64,000 nucleotides of DNA, taken from NCBI GenBank assembly GCA_044870765.1, contig JBIOZG010000012.1:32001-96000 (forward strand), in the 5' to 3' direction. Position 1 is the first letter of the stretch; each line of letters opens with the position of its first letter. Under the pieces are notes generated by a model. That model worked only from the letters and a program-made list of their open reading frames with translations. It was not told where the DNA came from and did no database searches. Below are positions 32,132-42,629 of this stretch, in pieces. The translations under genes and the position numbers were made by a program. The stretch comes from Nitrososphaeraceae archaeon. GTDB lineage: Archaea > Thermoproteota > Nitrososphaeria > Nitrososphaerales > Nitrososphaeraceae.

Positions 32132-32959
32132 CTAATATTTCAGGAGCGTAAACATGTAGGGAGTCTCTTTTTTTTCATCAAGTGTCCAAGAACTCGGTAG
32201 ACTTAGACTTGCTAATACTTTCAATTCAAAGTCAGCTATGAATTTACCCCATCCGTACATGGATTTATCTCTGGAATATTTCCTGTATGTGTGACTTCCC
32301 ATTAGAGTAATACCTACGTTATGCAATTTGCCCCTATACATTTTAAGTTGATTTAGTACGCCATATGCTATCATTTCTCCTAATTCAGGTAGAGCCGAAA
32401 TAAAGATCATGGTATTTTCTAGATTAAATTGCGAGTAGTTTATTGAATTTGAATCACCGTGAATCACATTGTATTTTACGTTACTACTAATAGAAATTTC
32501 ATTTTGTAGCTCGCAAAGATCTTTATCAATCTCTACTCCCGTTGAATCAAGACCAAGTATGCTGCCACAATATAACAATCTTCCATCACCTGACCCCATA
32601 TCTAAAATGTTTTGGAATCCAAGATTTTTTACTGCAAGACACATAACAAGAGCAGATAATCCCCATGTCGGAAGAAATGGTTGATAATTAGTGTCATATT
32701 TTTTGGAACTTAGCCAAAATTGATTAACATCTCCTTCATAAGACGTACAAGGAATATCAGCTAGTGTGATAGCCTGTTCCTTGTAATATATACTGTTATG
32801 TTTGAAAAATGTGTGTAGTTTTTCTAAATGCGATTTGTCTATCATATTTTGTTTATTAGGAACAGGAACAAACTCTCGGATAGGATTGTATGAATGAAAT
32901 TCCTCAAGATATTCATTTTTAAGGTCTACTAAATTCTTCACTAAGCAGTTAAGATCCAA
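32132..32959 (-). CDS. Class I SAM-dependent methyltransferase-like protein
   Basis: ILDMGSGDGR, GVEID, HGD. Confidence 0.75.
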   Translation of the reverse strand: MDLNCLVKNLVDLKNEYLEEFHSYNPIREFVPVPNKQNMIDKSHLEKLHTFFKHNSIYYKEQAITLADIPCTSYEGDVNQFWLSSKKYDTNYQPFLPTWGLSALVMCLAVKNLGFQNILDMGSGDGRLLYCGSILGLDSTGVEIDKDLCELQNEISISSNVKYNVIHGDSNSINYSQFNLENTMIFISALPELGEMIAYGVLNQLKMYRGKLHNVGITLMGSHTYRKYSRDKSMYGWGKFIADFELKVLASLSLPSSWTLDEKKETPYMFTLLKY

Positions 32960-33189
32960 CTATTCTCACAATGTTATGTATTAATTGAAATTGGATGTAC
33001 CATATTAGTATAATTGATATAATTACAGTACTGATATAAATACACATAATTCATAATCATACTAACTCTTCATTATCCAATTCGTTATAAATTGAATTAG
33101 AATAATCCACTTATTGTTACTATATTAATGAACATATTTTGATGTGTGTAAGGACATAAAGTGGTGTTGTATCCAAGTTAGTCAAATGG

Positions 33190-34104
33190 TCATTTCATTA
33201 ATTTCATAAGTATGCTTGGAACTTCGGCGGGTCTTTTTGCTACTGGGATATTAACTCTGGAGAAACTGGAAATTTTTGATTCTGCTGAACCATAATTTCC
33301 ATAGACAATTGCACCTGCATGGCCCATTCTTTTTTCCTTTGGTGCAGATCGACCAGCGACGTAAGCTACAACAGGTTTAGTGAAACCGGTTTTTTCTATA
33401 TACTGCACTAAGGATTCTTCAGCATCACCTCCAATCTCACCTACTACTACCACTGATTCAATATCGTCTCTATCACTTATTAGATTAAATGCTTCAATCA
33501 GATTTGTCCCGTTTATTGGATCTCCGCCTATTCCAAGAGCTATCTTTTGACCTATCCCTGCCTTTGACAAATAAAATGAAACTTCATACATGAGAGTTCC
33601 ACTTCTAGAAAAGACTGCGGTATTTCCCTTTTTGAATGGTTGAGAAGGCATTATTCCGATTTTATTCACGGAAGGTACAATTACCCCAGGTGTATTTGGA
33701 CCAATTATTTTTGCACCGTTGGTCTGTGCATACTCCAAGGATTCCATTGCGTCACGTACCGGAACGTGTTCAGGAATCGCTACAAGTAATTTAATCCCAT
33801 TATTCACAGCGTCTTTCACTGCGGAAAGAAAAAATTGAGCAGGAACAAATATTCCGGATATTTTTGCATTAAAGGTCTTGCTAGCATCTTTTACAGAATC
33901 GAAAACAGGTATGCCTTCAAAAGATTGACCGCCTTTATTGGGAGTTACACCTGCTACAATGTTTGTACCATATTCTCTCATCAATCTGGTGTGAACGGAG
34001 CCGAAATTTCCTGTTATTCCCTGAATTATTACGGGCTTATTACCATAATCAGGATCTTCTGGTTTACCTACTAGAATATCAAAAATGTCAAATTTATTGT
34101 TCAT
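33190..34104 (-). CDS. sucD: Succinyl-CoA synthetase alpha subunit
   Basis: QGITG, GVTP.KGG, GPNTPG, SRSGTL, GIGGD, RMGHAGA. Confidence 0.96.
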   Translation of the reverse strand: MNNKFDIFDILVGKPEDPDYGNKPVIIQGITGNFGSVHTRLMREYGTNIVAGVTPNKGGQSFEGIPVFDSVKDASKTFNAKISGIFVPAQFFLSAVKDAVNNGIKLLVAIPEHVPVRDAMESLEYAQTNGAKIIGPNTPGVIVPSVNKIGIMPSQPFKKGNTAVFSRSGTLMYEVSFYLSKAGIGQKIALGIGGDPINGTNLIEAFNLISDRDDIESVVVVGEIGGDAEESLVQYIEKTGFTKPVVAYVAGRSAPKEKRMGHAGAIVYGNYGSAESKISSFSRVNIPVAKRPAEVPSILMKLMK

Positions 34105-34105
34105 T

Positions 34106-35218
34106 CTATTTGCTCATCCTCATAAATTGCACTAACGATGAAATCGCTTCCTCTACTGTATCATATAATTTTGCATTACTGTTAGAAAGCATTTTTTTAG
34201 ATTTCTCCGATTCTGCACCTGAAATTCTGGCATATATAGGGACACTTATCATACCGTCCTCGTATGCGTTAAGTATAGCTTGGGCTACCAGGTCGGTCCT
34301 AACAATGCCACCGAACAAATTTACCAAGATTGCCTTTACTTTAGATAATTTGCTTATCACTTCTAAGGCCTTGTAAATTGTTTCCGTAGTAGCGCGACCA
34401 CCAAAATCTAAAAATGCACCGGGTTTTCCACCTGCATCATTAACGATATCCAAGGTTGACATGACGAGACCTGCTCCATTACCTATTATTGCTATATCTC
34501 CATCTAATTCAACGAAAGAGAAACCATTCTTTTCCGCCTGCTCTTGCAACTCAGAAATTTGTATATACTTCCCTAGCTCAGGATGTCTGAATATTGAATT
34601 ATCATCTATGATTACCTTTGAATCCAGTGCCAGACAAGTACCGTCTTTAAGAATAGCAAGAGGATTTATTTCAGCCAACTCTGCTTCTTTTTCTCTTACG
34701 AGTTTGGCAAGCTTTATGACTATATTGGAGAATGACTCAATAGTTACACCACTTAAACCTAGTTTTTTTGCAATGGTTTCTGCACTTGATTGCGTTAAGC
34801 CGGAAATAGAAATGTCCTGGATTACCTTATTCTCCACGGCTTCAATGTCCATACCTCCCTCAGAAGAGGAGATCAACGAGTATGTCCTTTTTCCTCGATT
34901 TAGGAACAAGGAGAGATAAAGTTCCTTATCTATATTCACAGCCTCTTCAATTAGGATTAACTTTGGGAGCTCTCCCTTTACTTTTTTATTTAATAACTCT
35001 GTAAACTTTGGTACTAGCTCTTCCTTATTTGCGCATTTTAAAATTGCGCCAGCCTTTCCTCTTCCACCAGTTGTTAATTGCGATTTAAGTACAACAGGAT
35101 ATTCAAGTTTGTCTTTAATTTGATTCAATTCAGATTGGTTCCTTGCTAGATATGATTTTGGAACTGCAATATTATACTCTGTAAATAATTCTTTACCCTG
35201 GTATTCTAATAACTTCAT
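34106..35218 (-). CDS. sucC: Succinyl-CoA synthetase beta subunit
   Basis: MKLLEYQGK, GGRGKAG, EINPL, GNGAGLVMSTLD, FGGIVR. Confidence 0.96.
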   Translation of the reverse strand: MKLLEYQGKELFTEYNIAVPKSYLARNQSELNQIKDKLEYPVVLKSQLTTGGRGKAGAILKCANKEELVPKFTELLNKKVKGELPKLILIEEAVNIDKELYLSLFLNRGKRTYSLISSSEGGMDIEAVENKVIQDISISGLTQSSAETIAKKLGLSGVTIESFSNIVIKLAKLVREKEAELAEINPLAILKDGTCLALDSKVIIDDNSIFRHPELGKYIQISELQEQAEKNGFSFVELDGDIAIIGNGAGLVMSTLDIVNDAGGKPGAFLDFGGRATTETIYKALEVISKLSKVKAILVNLFGGIVRTDLVAQAILNAYEDGMISVPIYARISGAESEKSKKMLSNSNAKLYDTVEEAISSLVQFMRMSK

Positions 35219-35311
35219 TCAGCAAGAATGTGAAGCCTATGTGGTGACTTATAATCCTATTTAAGCGGAGGAATTTGAAAATTTATATATCTACAACTAA
35301 ATCCGTATCCT

Positions 35312-35479
35312 ATGGCTGAAAAAATGACTGCAGTATGGCTCATTATATTGACGATAATTGCATGTGCTGCAATACCTGCTGTCATGATATGGTTGACAAC
35401 AACTCCTACAGCGTCTAAACCCCATCTTCTATTAGGAATCACTGAATCTCTACCTTCAGGAATTAGTCTCTTAAACTAG
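35312..35479 (+). CDS. Putative 55-aa single-pass membrane peptide (not in ORF track)
   Basis: MAEKMTAVWLIILTIIACAAIPAVMIWLTTTPTASKPHLLLGITESLPSGISLLN; TTTATATA at 35282-35289. Confidence 0.6.
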   Translation: MAEKMTAVWLIILTIIACAAIPAVMIWLTTTPTASKPHLLLGITESLPSGISLLN

Positions 35480-35597
35480 AGACCATTTACATGAGTATAA
35501 TCCTTTCAATATCCTCATTCTTTATTGATAATGAGTATTACATATCGAGTATCAATATTGCTAGATGTTTGAAAATACGAACGAGTAATAGATAAAG

Positions 35598-37241
35598 GTG
35601 AGGGATGAAAACATAGTAAGCATGACAATAGCCTTAAAGGTGCATCCATCTTTTTTCAAGGAATTTGCAACAAAGACATGGGTTTCTCCTGCGGACGTTA
35701 TTAAGGAGTTGATCGAAAACGCCTTTGATGAGGACGCTACTCGAGTTCTCATAACCATTCTCAATGATAATTCTATTTCAATAGAGGATAATGCTGGAAT
35801 GGATGAAAGCGAGATTCAAAAGTTTTTGTTGCTTGGTTCACCACATAAGAAACTTGATTCGATATCGCCGAAGTTTAAAAGAATTAGAACAGGTAGATAT
35901 GGAACGGGTAGACTTTCATTTCTGACATCATTTGAAAAAATGAAAATCAGAACCCGAAAAGGTAACTATCATAAAGCATTTTTGATAGATACAAGTTCTC
36001 TTGATGCTTTATTTACCGGTAAATCTAATTTGCGCGAGATAAGGGAATCGCGATTATCTAGAGATGGAACTGAGATAATGGTAAGCGACGCAAAATCACT
36101 TGTGGATGAATTAAGGTTGATAAAGGAAATTAGAAAGTTAGCTGTACTTAGGCATCCACTTTTTGAAGTATACATTAAGAAATCAGAGAAATTTAAAGAA
36201 TGGAACTTTACAAACTCTGAGCTGATAAGGGTACCTGATATCCAGGGTCATAAAATACCGTTAAATTTTGACAAAGGAAACATTGTTGGTGAAATTACAG
36301 TAGCTCGTAGACCTTTAACAGAAGATGAGCGAGGAATCGCCGTAATGGTAGGTGGTCATATTGTTATGAGAACATTGTTCGGTTATGATACCAAGATACC
36401 CAGGGTAACGGGATTTGTAAGATGTGATTCACTAACTTCCAGATTTGCTGATAAATCTGCTATAATAGAAGATAAAGAATTTGAAAGGTTTTCAAGCGTA
36501 ATGAAAAAATTCATAGTTGATACGGTCATACCCAGTTTAACTCTTTATGAAGACGTTCTTGTGACTAGAGAAGAATCAAAAATTTATAAGCAAATTGACA
36601 AGGTCTTGGGTCAGGCGGTAATTGAGACTCTCGAACCCTTTGAGGAGATAGAAGGATACGAGATAGTGGAAACCAAAAAAGTAGTATCAAGACCCAGCAA
36701 AAAAACTTCATCTATACCTGCGGAGGATAATTTGTTTGATAAATCGGTTGAAGAGGAGTATAAGGACTTGACTAAGAAGGAAATCAAATGGTCTAGGGAT
36801 TCGCTGGATGAAAAAGGAGGAATTCAGCAGACCGCAGGAATTGAGGATAACACTTTGCCCAATTATCTTAACAGTAATCAAAACAAGGATAATAATAATT
36901 ACGAAAACGTAACAGTTACTACACAGATAAAAAAACCGCTGATAAAAAAAACATTTGCATTGAAAAAAATTGGATACAAGATTATCCCTTACGAAGATGA
37001 AACTGATTCAAGATATAGCTTCATAAACGAAAATGTCGTATTCGTAAATAAGGCAAATCCAACATACAAGGCGGAATCGTCCCGAGGGGATGAATTCCTT
37101 TTGAGACATATTATGAATATAGTGGCACAGGCTGTAGCTACGTCGAGGCATCCTGAAGGGAAGGAGGCGCTAGAGCTACAAAACAGGCTAGTTTCTGAGG
37201 CAATAAGGATACATGATACATTCCTATCTAAAACGCCTTGA
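35598..37241 (+). CDS. GHKL (HATPase_c, MutL/MORC-like) ATPase
   Basis: KELIENAFD, EDNAGM, GRYGTG, DGT motifs; S5-like domain; acidic linker; C-terminal VNKANP domain. Confidence 0.82.
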   Translation: MRDENIVSMTIALKVHPSFFKEFATKTWVSPADVIKELIENAFDEDATRVLITILNDNSISIEDNAGMDESEIQKFLLLGSPHKKLDSISPKFKRIRTGRYGTGRLSFLTSFEKMKIRTRKGNYHKAFLIDTSSLDALFTGKSNLREIRESRLSRDGTEIMVSDAKSLVDELRLIKEIRKLAVLRHPLFEVYIKKSEKFKEWNFTNSELIRVPDIQGHKIPLNFDKGNIVGEITVARRPLTEDERGIAVMVGGHIVMRTLFGYDTKIPRVTGFVRCDSLTSRFADKSAIIEDKEFERFSSVMKKFIVDTVIPSLTLYEDVLVTREESKIYKQIDKVLGQAVIETLEPFEEIEGYEIVETKKVVSRPSKKTSSIPAEDNLFDKSVEEEYKDLTKKEIKWSRDSLDEKGGIQQTAGIEDNTLPNYLNSNQNKDNNNYENVTVTTQIKKPLIKKTFALKKIGYKIIPYEDETDSRYSFINENVVFVNKANPTYKAESSRGDEFLLRHIMNIVAQAVATSRHPEGKEALELQNRLVSEAIRIHDTFLSKTP

Positions 37242-37311
37242 TTGCCCGCTGAGTCTATAGGTGAATCGACGAAACGACTAAATCTAACTACATCCACTAC
37301 TAACCAATCAC

Positions 37312-37908
37312 ATGGCCTTTCAATTTATGCCAGGCGCTACTGCTATAGGATTAACTTACCAGGATGGTATTGTCCTTGCAGCAGAGAAGCGCATAACTTA
37401 TGGAAATTTTGTAGTAAACAAGAATACCAAGAAAATATTCTCTATAACGGATCAGGTTGCCAGTGCATGTGCTGGAATGGTCGCAGATATGCAAGTTCTG
37501 ACAAGACAAGTAGGTGCACTAGCGAAAATTAGAAAATTAGAAACAAGGAGAGAGATGGCTACCAATTCTGTAGCAAAATTAATGTCAGTCATTATGTTCG
37601 AAAGACGATATTTTCCTTTACTCACCCAGGTAATTGTAGGAGGCGTACATGATGTGCCTGAAATCTATACACTAGATCCATTGGGTTCACTTCTTCCTGA
37701 TAATTACGCAGCCGTCGGTACGGGTGCAGAATTAGCATTAGGATTAATTGATTCTGAGTACAAGAAAAGCATGTCAGAAGACGCATCAAAAAAACTTGCT
37801 ATCAAGGCAATAAAGTCGTCAATACAAAGAGATTCAGCAAGCGGAGACGGTATCGATATCTTGACGATAACCAAAAAAGGGATTGCAGAAGAATCTCTCG
37901 ATCTATGA
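37312..37908 (+). CDS. psmB: Proteasome subunit beta (Thr1 replaced by Ala)
   Basis: GATAIG, AAEKR, KKIF, AG.VAD.Q, LDPLGS, RDSASGDG. Confidence 0.94.
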   Translation: MAFQFMPGATAIGLTYQDGIVLAAEKRITYGNFVVNKNTKKIFSITDQVASACAGMVADMQVLTRQVGALAKIRKLETRREMATNSVAKLMSVIMFERRYFPLLTQVIVGGVHDVPEIYTLDPLGSLLPDNYAAVGTGAELALGLIDSEYKKSMSEDASKKLAIKAIKSSIQRDSASGDGIDILTITKKGIAEESLDL

Positions 37909-37945
37909 TTTGAAAATCAATTCAGAATTATTAATTTCAAAATAA

Positions 37946-38428
37946 TCAAACTCGGATAGTTTTTTTCATTTCCCAGTATATATCGCCAATATGATGTATA
38001 TTGTTCAAGATAACCCCCTTCTCCATATTTCTTGCACTGACATCATCAACTAATGACATACATACTGCAAGCTCCTTTTTGTGAGTTTGGTCTTTGACTA
38101 GCACAATTTCGGATTCTTTAAAGGGCGTAAAGTCAGTTATGCCAGGCCTCATAATATTGGCTCCATTGCATACAAATTTCACTGCGTTCATATCAACTTG
38201 TACTGATGAAAAATAATTCAATAACTTGTGTTGACTTAGATGGGGAATGATAATGTCCGGTGCTAATTGAATAGCAATGAAATTATTTCCAACTAGCAGT
38301 CGTTTATTTTCATCTACTACGTAGGCCTGTAGATTCTTAACTGGTACATTAGAATTTGCTGGCCATGTCCTACCAATACAATCATTGATATCATGTATTT
38401 CTCTCTTTGATAAAGAATGTACCTTCAA
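37946..38428 (-). CDS. PUA-domain RNA-binding protein (DUF1947/MCT-1-like)
   Basis: VDMNAVKFVCNGANIMRPGI, HHIGD.YW. Confidence 0.9.
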   Translation of the reverse strand: MKVHSLSKREIHDINDCIGRTWPANSNVPVKNLQAYVVDENKRLLVGNNFIAIQLAPDIIIPHLSQHKLLNYFSSVQVDMNAVKFVCNGANIMRPGITDFTPFKESEIVLVKDQTHKKELAVCMSLVDDVSARNMEKGVILNNIHHIGDIYWEMKKTIRV

Positions 38429-38525
38429 TTATTTTGTTCTTGTTTTTCAAATATTTATCGATATCCATGCACCATTTCCCGAAAATACATTAAATAGCTA
38501 ACTCTAATGTAAAAAGTTTAGAGTT

Positions 38526-39059
38526 TCAGATTTTTTTATGGTGAAAAGAATTTGATATTTTTTTCACTCTATCTACACCATTGATCTTTTCGATTATTCT
38601 AAGAGACTGCTCGGGAACAAACTGAGTCCATTTAATATTTTTCAACATTCTCCGTCTAATCTCACTTCCAGAAAAATGTACGCGATTAACGAGTTTAGGT
38701 TCTAGGACCCTGATATTTCTTTGGATAAAAAGGTATCCAGTAAATGAGTTATTTGTAAAAACAGCATCATATTGGGGAACTAACATGTCAACTGTGTGAG
38801 TCCATGTTGAGTGGATATTTGTATCCGGAATAGGAATTATCAGGGTTTTTTTGCAATCAATTGTAGGGTCAGCATTTAGTGAATTTTTAATCATAGATAA
38901 TCTTTCTCCAGCGGTAAATGGGTTGTCTGGTTCGTAGCTTGCCTGAGAACTACCAATTACAATTATAAGTTCATCAACCTTCGTGAATGCAAATCGAATC
39001 GCTGCAATATGACCCAAATGAAATGGTTGAAACCGACCGATGAATAACGCTCTTGACAA
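38526..39059 (-). CDS. nadM: Nicotinamide-nucleotide adenylyltransferase (NadM family)
   Basis: GRFQPFHLGH, GSSQ, NPFTAGER, SGSEIR. Confidence 0.94.
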   Translation of the reverse strand: MSRALFIGRFQPFHLGHIAAIRFAFTKVDELIIVIGSSQASYEPDNPFTAGERLSMIKNSLNADPTIDCKKTLIIPIPDTNIHSTWTHTVDMLVPQYDAVFTNNSFTGYLFIQRNIRVLEPKLVNRVHFSGSEIRRRMLKNIKWTQFVPEQSLRIIEKINGVDRVKKISNSFHHKKI

Positions 39060-39141
39060 ATTAGTATAAAATATAAGACGAATAATTTAAATTTTGAAAT
39101 GTAACTCAATATTTATATTATGTTTGAAGAACAAGAGATTT

Positions 39142-39939
39142 GTGGTTTTTTTACAAATACATAACTTGTCTGCGAATATTAATGGTAAAGAAATTCTTAA
39201 TGATCTTTGTTTTGAATTAGAGAGGGGTCAAGTGCACGCTATAATGGGTCCCAACGGTTCTGGAAAAAGCACTCTTGCAAATGTAATCATGGGGCATCCA
39301 AAGTATACCGTTACATCCGGAAGTATTTTGGTTGATGGCGAAAACATACTTGACATGAGTACAGAAGAAAGAGCAAAGAGAGGTCTTTTCTTGGGATTTC
39401 AATATCCTACTGAAATTCCAGGTGTTGGCTATAGTCATTTTCTGAGGAACGCATACAATATACTGAACAAAAGTCTGAGTGGAAAGCAAAAAGATAGAGA
39501 AGTATTCTTGACTGTAAAGGAATTCCATGAGTATCTCAAAAAGAACCTAGATAGCGTGGGACTTCAGTCCACATTTTTAAGCAGATATCTGAACGAAGGT
39601 TTTTCTGGAGGGGAGAAAAAAAGATCCGAGGTTATGCAAATGCTGGTCCTCAAACCATTAATTGCCATTCTCGATGAACCCGACTCTGGTTTAGATATTG
39701 ACGCAATCCAAGCAGTCGCTGAAGCCATAAACATTTTGATATCAACTGGTGCAGGAGTACTAATCATCACTCATTATGCTAGAATTCTAAGATATTTGTC
39801 AAAACTCGATAAAGTACACGTCATGTCAAAAGGGCAGATCATCAAATCAGGAGGAAAAGAGCTTTCCGAAGAATTAGAAGTAAAAGGATATGGCTGGATA
39901 GGATTAGCTGACGATACTAGCACAGCCCAACCGCACTGA
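39142..39939 (+). CDS. sufC: Fe-S cluster assembly ATPase SufC
   Basis: MGPNGSGKSTL, FQYP.EIPGV, RYLNEGFSGGEKKR, LDEPDSGLDID; likely GTG start at 39142. Confidence 0.95.
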   Translation: MVFLQIHNLSANINGKEILNDLCFELERGQVHAIMGPNGSGKSTLANVIMGHPKYTVTSGSILVDGENILDMSTEERAKRGLFLGFQYPTEIPGVGYSHFLRNAYNILNKSLSGKQKDREVFLTVKEFHEYLKKNLDSVGLQSTFLSRYLNEGFSGGEKKRSEVMQMLVLKPLIAILDEPDSGLDIDAIQAVAEAINILISTGAGVLIITHYARILRYLSKLDKVHVMSKGQIIKSGGKELSEELEVKGYGWIGLADDTSTAQPH

Positions 39940-39940
39940 T

Positions 39941-41167
39941 TTATAGATTAGTCTCGTTCGTTTCCTGAGATTTTATTTTCTGGACGTACGATCTAGAAAA
40001 TACTGGGGCCATTATTGTTGTGATCCAGCCAATTGTTACGGTAATAGAGAATAGAGTAGAATCAATAATACCTGAAGTAAATCCAATAGCTGCTATGACC
40101 AGTTCCACCATTCCTCTACCATTCATGATAAAGGCAATTGCAAAACTTTCGTCCTTTGTAAATTTAATTAATCTAGAACCGATGTATCCTCCACCTATCT
40201 TGGACAGAACGGCAGCGATTCCTAGAATTATGAAAAGCGGAAGGTTGTTTACGATTGAATCCATATTGATATTTACTCCAATTGTGGCAAAAAATATGGG
40301 AGCAAAAAAACCAAAGGTGATAGCCGATATTATTCCGTAAACTCTCTCGAAATTTTCCTTTCTGATAATTTCCTTGTATACTATCAAGCCTGAAAAAAAG
40401 GTACCTATGATAAAATGTAACCCAATAACTTCTTGTGCGATAACAGATACCAAAATGGTAGATATAAGTAATATTCCAAATGCTGCTTCTGGTGTATGTA
40501 ATTTATCAAAGAAATATGCACCACGACGTTGGAGCCAAACGCTTGTCTTTCTAAATAAAATATCAACAAGAAATATACCGCCAATAAACAATGATATCTT
40601 TATTATTGAATTAATTAGTTCCCCAGCAATATTCACAGGTGTTCCGCCTGCTTCATTCAGCTGTAGAACAAGTGACAGTACAACTAGTGAAAAAATATCG
40701 TTTATTACAGCCGCAGTAATTACAGTGTTACCCAGTTTGGTTTCCAATATTCCAAGTTGCATTAGGACAATTGTAGTCACTGGAACAGCAGTTATTGACA
40801 ACAACAATGCAACAAACAATGATTGAATCATGGGAAGACCGAAGAAATAGGCTACTGCAAATCCACTTGCAAAAGGTATTGAAAACGCTATTACAGATAA
40901 AACTGCTGCATGTAGTCCAGCCTTTCTTATTTCCCTTGGATCCATCTGTAATCCTGCCAATAACATAAGAAAGAATACTGCCAAGTCTGAAAGTACACCT
41001 AGACTCTCATTTGGAGCGATTAATTTCAAAATATATGGGCCAATTATTATTCCAGCTGCTAGCTCCCCTACCAGAGGAGGCATTTTGAGCCTTTGGAAGA
41101 ACTCACCTAGTAAGCGTGCAGCTACCAAGATTATAACTACACTGATGAACAGCTGCTCTGTGGCCAT
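39941..41167 (-). CDS. Cation:proton antiporter (CPA2/NapA-like)
   Basis: PPLVGELAAGIIIGP, AAVINDI, PIFFATIG, RGMVELV; many TM helices. Confidence 0.92.
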   Translation of the reverse strand: MATEQLFISVVIILVAARLLGEFFQRLKMPPLVGELAAGIIIGPYILKLIAPNESLGVLSDLAVFFLMLLAGLQMDPREIRKAGLHAAVLSVIAFSIPFASGFAVAYFFGLPMIQSLFVALLLSITAVPVTTIVLMQLGILETKLGNTVITAAVINDIFSLVVLSLVLQLNEAGGTPVNIAGELINSIIKISLFIGGIFLVDILFRKTSVWLQRRGAYFFDKLHTPEAAFGILLISTILVSVIAQEVIGLHFIIGTFFSGLIVYKEIIRKENFERVYGIISAITFGFFAPIFFATIGVNINMDSIVNNLPLFIILGIAAVLSKIGGGYIGSRLIKFTKDESFAIAFIMNGRGMVELVIAAIGFTSGIIDSTLFSITVTIGWITTIMAPVFSRSYVQKIKSQETNETNL

Positions 41168-41564
41168 GATTTATCAAATTTATCCTAACTAGATTTATCC
41201 TTATCCATTTGGAACTGCCAACTTGTTCATATTAGATGGTTTGCGATACTTTTTCGGTTTTATTGTCATATTTGAATAAAGATGTCAGCTTAACATATCA
41301 ATCAATTCACTTCACCCAGTCGTGGCAAGATATTGTCATAAAGTAATCAATAGAAATTAAGTCAAATTTTTATCCATGTTTCTTTAAGCTGGTAACTTCA
41401 TTTTTAGATAGTACAATCCAAATCACCATTCGGAATATGCCCCTTCTAATATTAATAAGAAATAATATTACTACTTTTGGTATCTACACAAATATATCGA
41501 TCGACAAGTATTTCTTGATCAGCATTGGTCGACAGTAAGTACTTGCTAAAAAATATTGGTCATT

Positions 41565-42317
41565 TTATGGCTCGCGCCATAAAGCCTTTACTTTAGCTAA
41601 AAACACAAAACCTATCAGGTATAATACTTGAACCAGCAATCCAAGCTCAATTGACCACTCCTTTGGAGTAGAAATTCCCATTGTACTTTGAATTATCAGG
41701 GATGCATGTGTCGTTGGTACAAAGTAAGAGACGTATTGTAATTGAATGGGCAATCTTTCAATACTGTAAAAAACTGGTGGTATTATAGAAAGGATCACGT
41801 TAACAAACGAAATTATCTGTGACACGTTACGCATGTGTAGCATATGTGAGGATAGAAAAAATCCCATTGATGACATCGATCCCCATACGAGAAATATAGT
41901 TACTAGAAGTAGTGGAATGTAAATGGAAGAGGATAAGAAGAAAGTAGCTAATGTTATCAATACCAATAATGCAGGTAATCCGAAAAGTATCTGAGAAATC
42001 GCCAAGCCAATCATGTAAGTAATTGGAGACACAGGTGATGCAACAAAGACATCCTGAATCTTGTACTCGTTCTTGTAAAAAGAGATATCTTGGCCCAATG
42101 ATAACCCATATCCAACTAACGCCATTACCAGACTGCCGGTAATAGAGAGTGGTAAATACCTGCCTTCACTAATAATAAACAAAATAAACAATAAAGAGAA
42201 CGGACTTATGGCAGAGAAAATCAATGATAATGGATTCCTTTTTAACCAAAGAATACCCGTCAAGTAGGCAATGAGAAAGGTTTGCATTAATGCATTCTTG
42301 ATTTTTGTGATAATCAT
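41565..42317 (-). CDS. ABC-2 type exporter permease
   Basis: Six TM helices, SPVSP..Y, PPVFY..LP, PTTHA; likely ATG at 42317. Confidence 0.88.
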   Translation of the reverse strand: MIITKIKNALMQTFLIAYLTGILWLKRNPLSLIFSAISPFSLLFILFIISEGRYLPLSITGSLVMALVGYGLSLGQDISFYKNEYKIQDVFVASPVSPITYMIGLAISQILFGLPALLVLITLATFFLSSSIYIPLLLVTIFLVWGSMSSMGFFLSSHMLHMRNVSQIISFVNVILSIIPPVFYSIERLPIQLQYVSYFVPTTHASLIIQSTMGISTPKEWSIELGLLVQVLYLIGFVFLAKVKALWREP

Positions 42318-42371
42318 GCCAAGCAAATCATGTATTCCAGATATATAGGATTTTGTTCTGCTGAATATCAA

Positions 42372-42629
42372 ATGCCAAAGGAAAGAAAATCGCCAAGTCG
42401 GAAGAGATCAGGCAGGAGTACGGCATTATCCACAAGAACTAAAAAACAAATTGATTCTTTACCTAAGCATGCGCAGCATATTTTTACCAAGACACATACC
42501 AATGCGGTAGAACAATACAAAAATCCGGACAAAAGACGAGGAGGGAAACGTCAGAGTGTTGAAGAAGTCGCCCACAAGGCAGCATGGGCAGCTGTTAAAA
42601 ATCAATACAGAAAAAAAGGCGATAAATAG
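42372..42629 (+). CDS. chaB: ChaB family protein
   Basis: LPKHAQHIF, EEVAHKAAWAAVK..Y; ATG at 42372. Confidence 0.9.
   Translation: MPKERKSPSRKRSGRSTALSTRTKKQIDSLPKHAQHIFTKTHTNAVEQYKNPDKRRGGKRQSVEEVAHKAAWAAVKNQYRKKGDK

Noticed and set aside
35257-35442. 61-aa minus-strand ORF
   Set aside because: The plus-strand ORF 35312-35479 has a TATA box and a TM helix and explains the region better.
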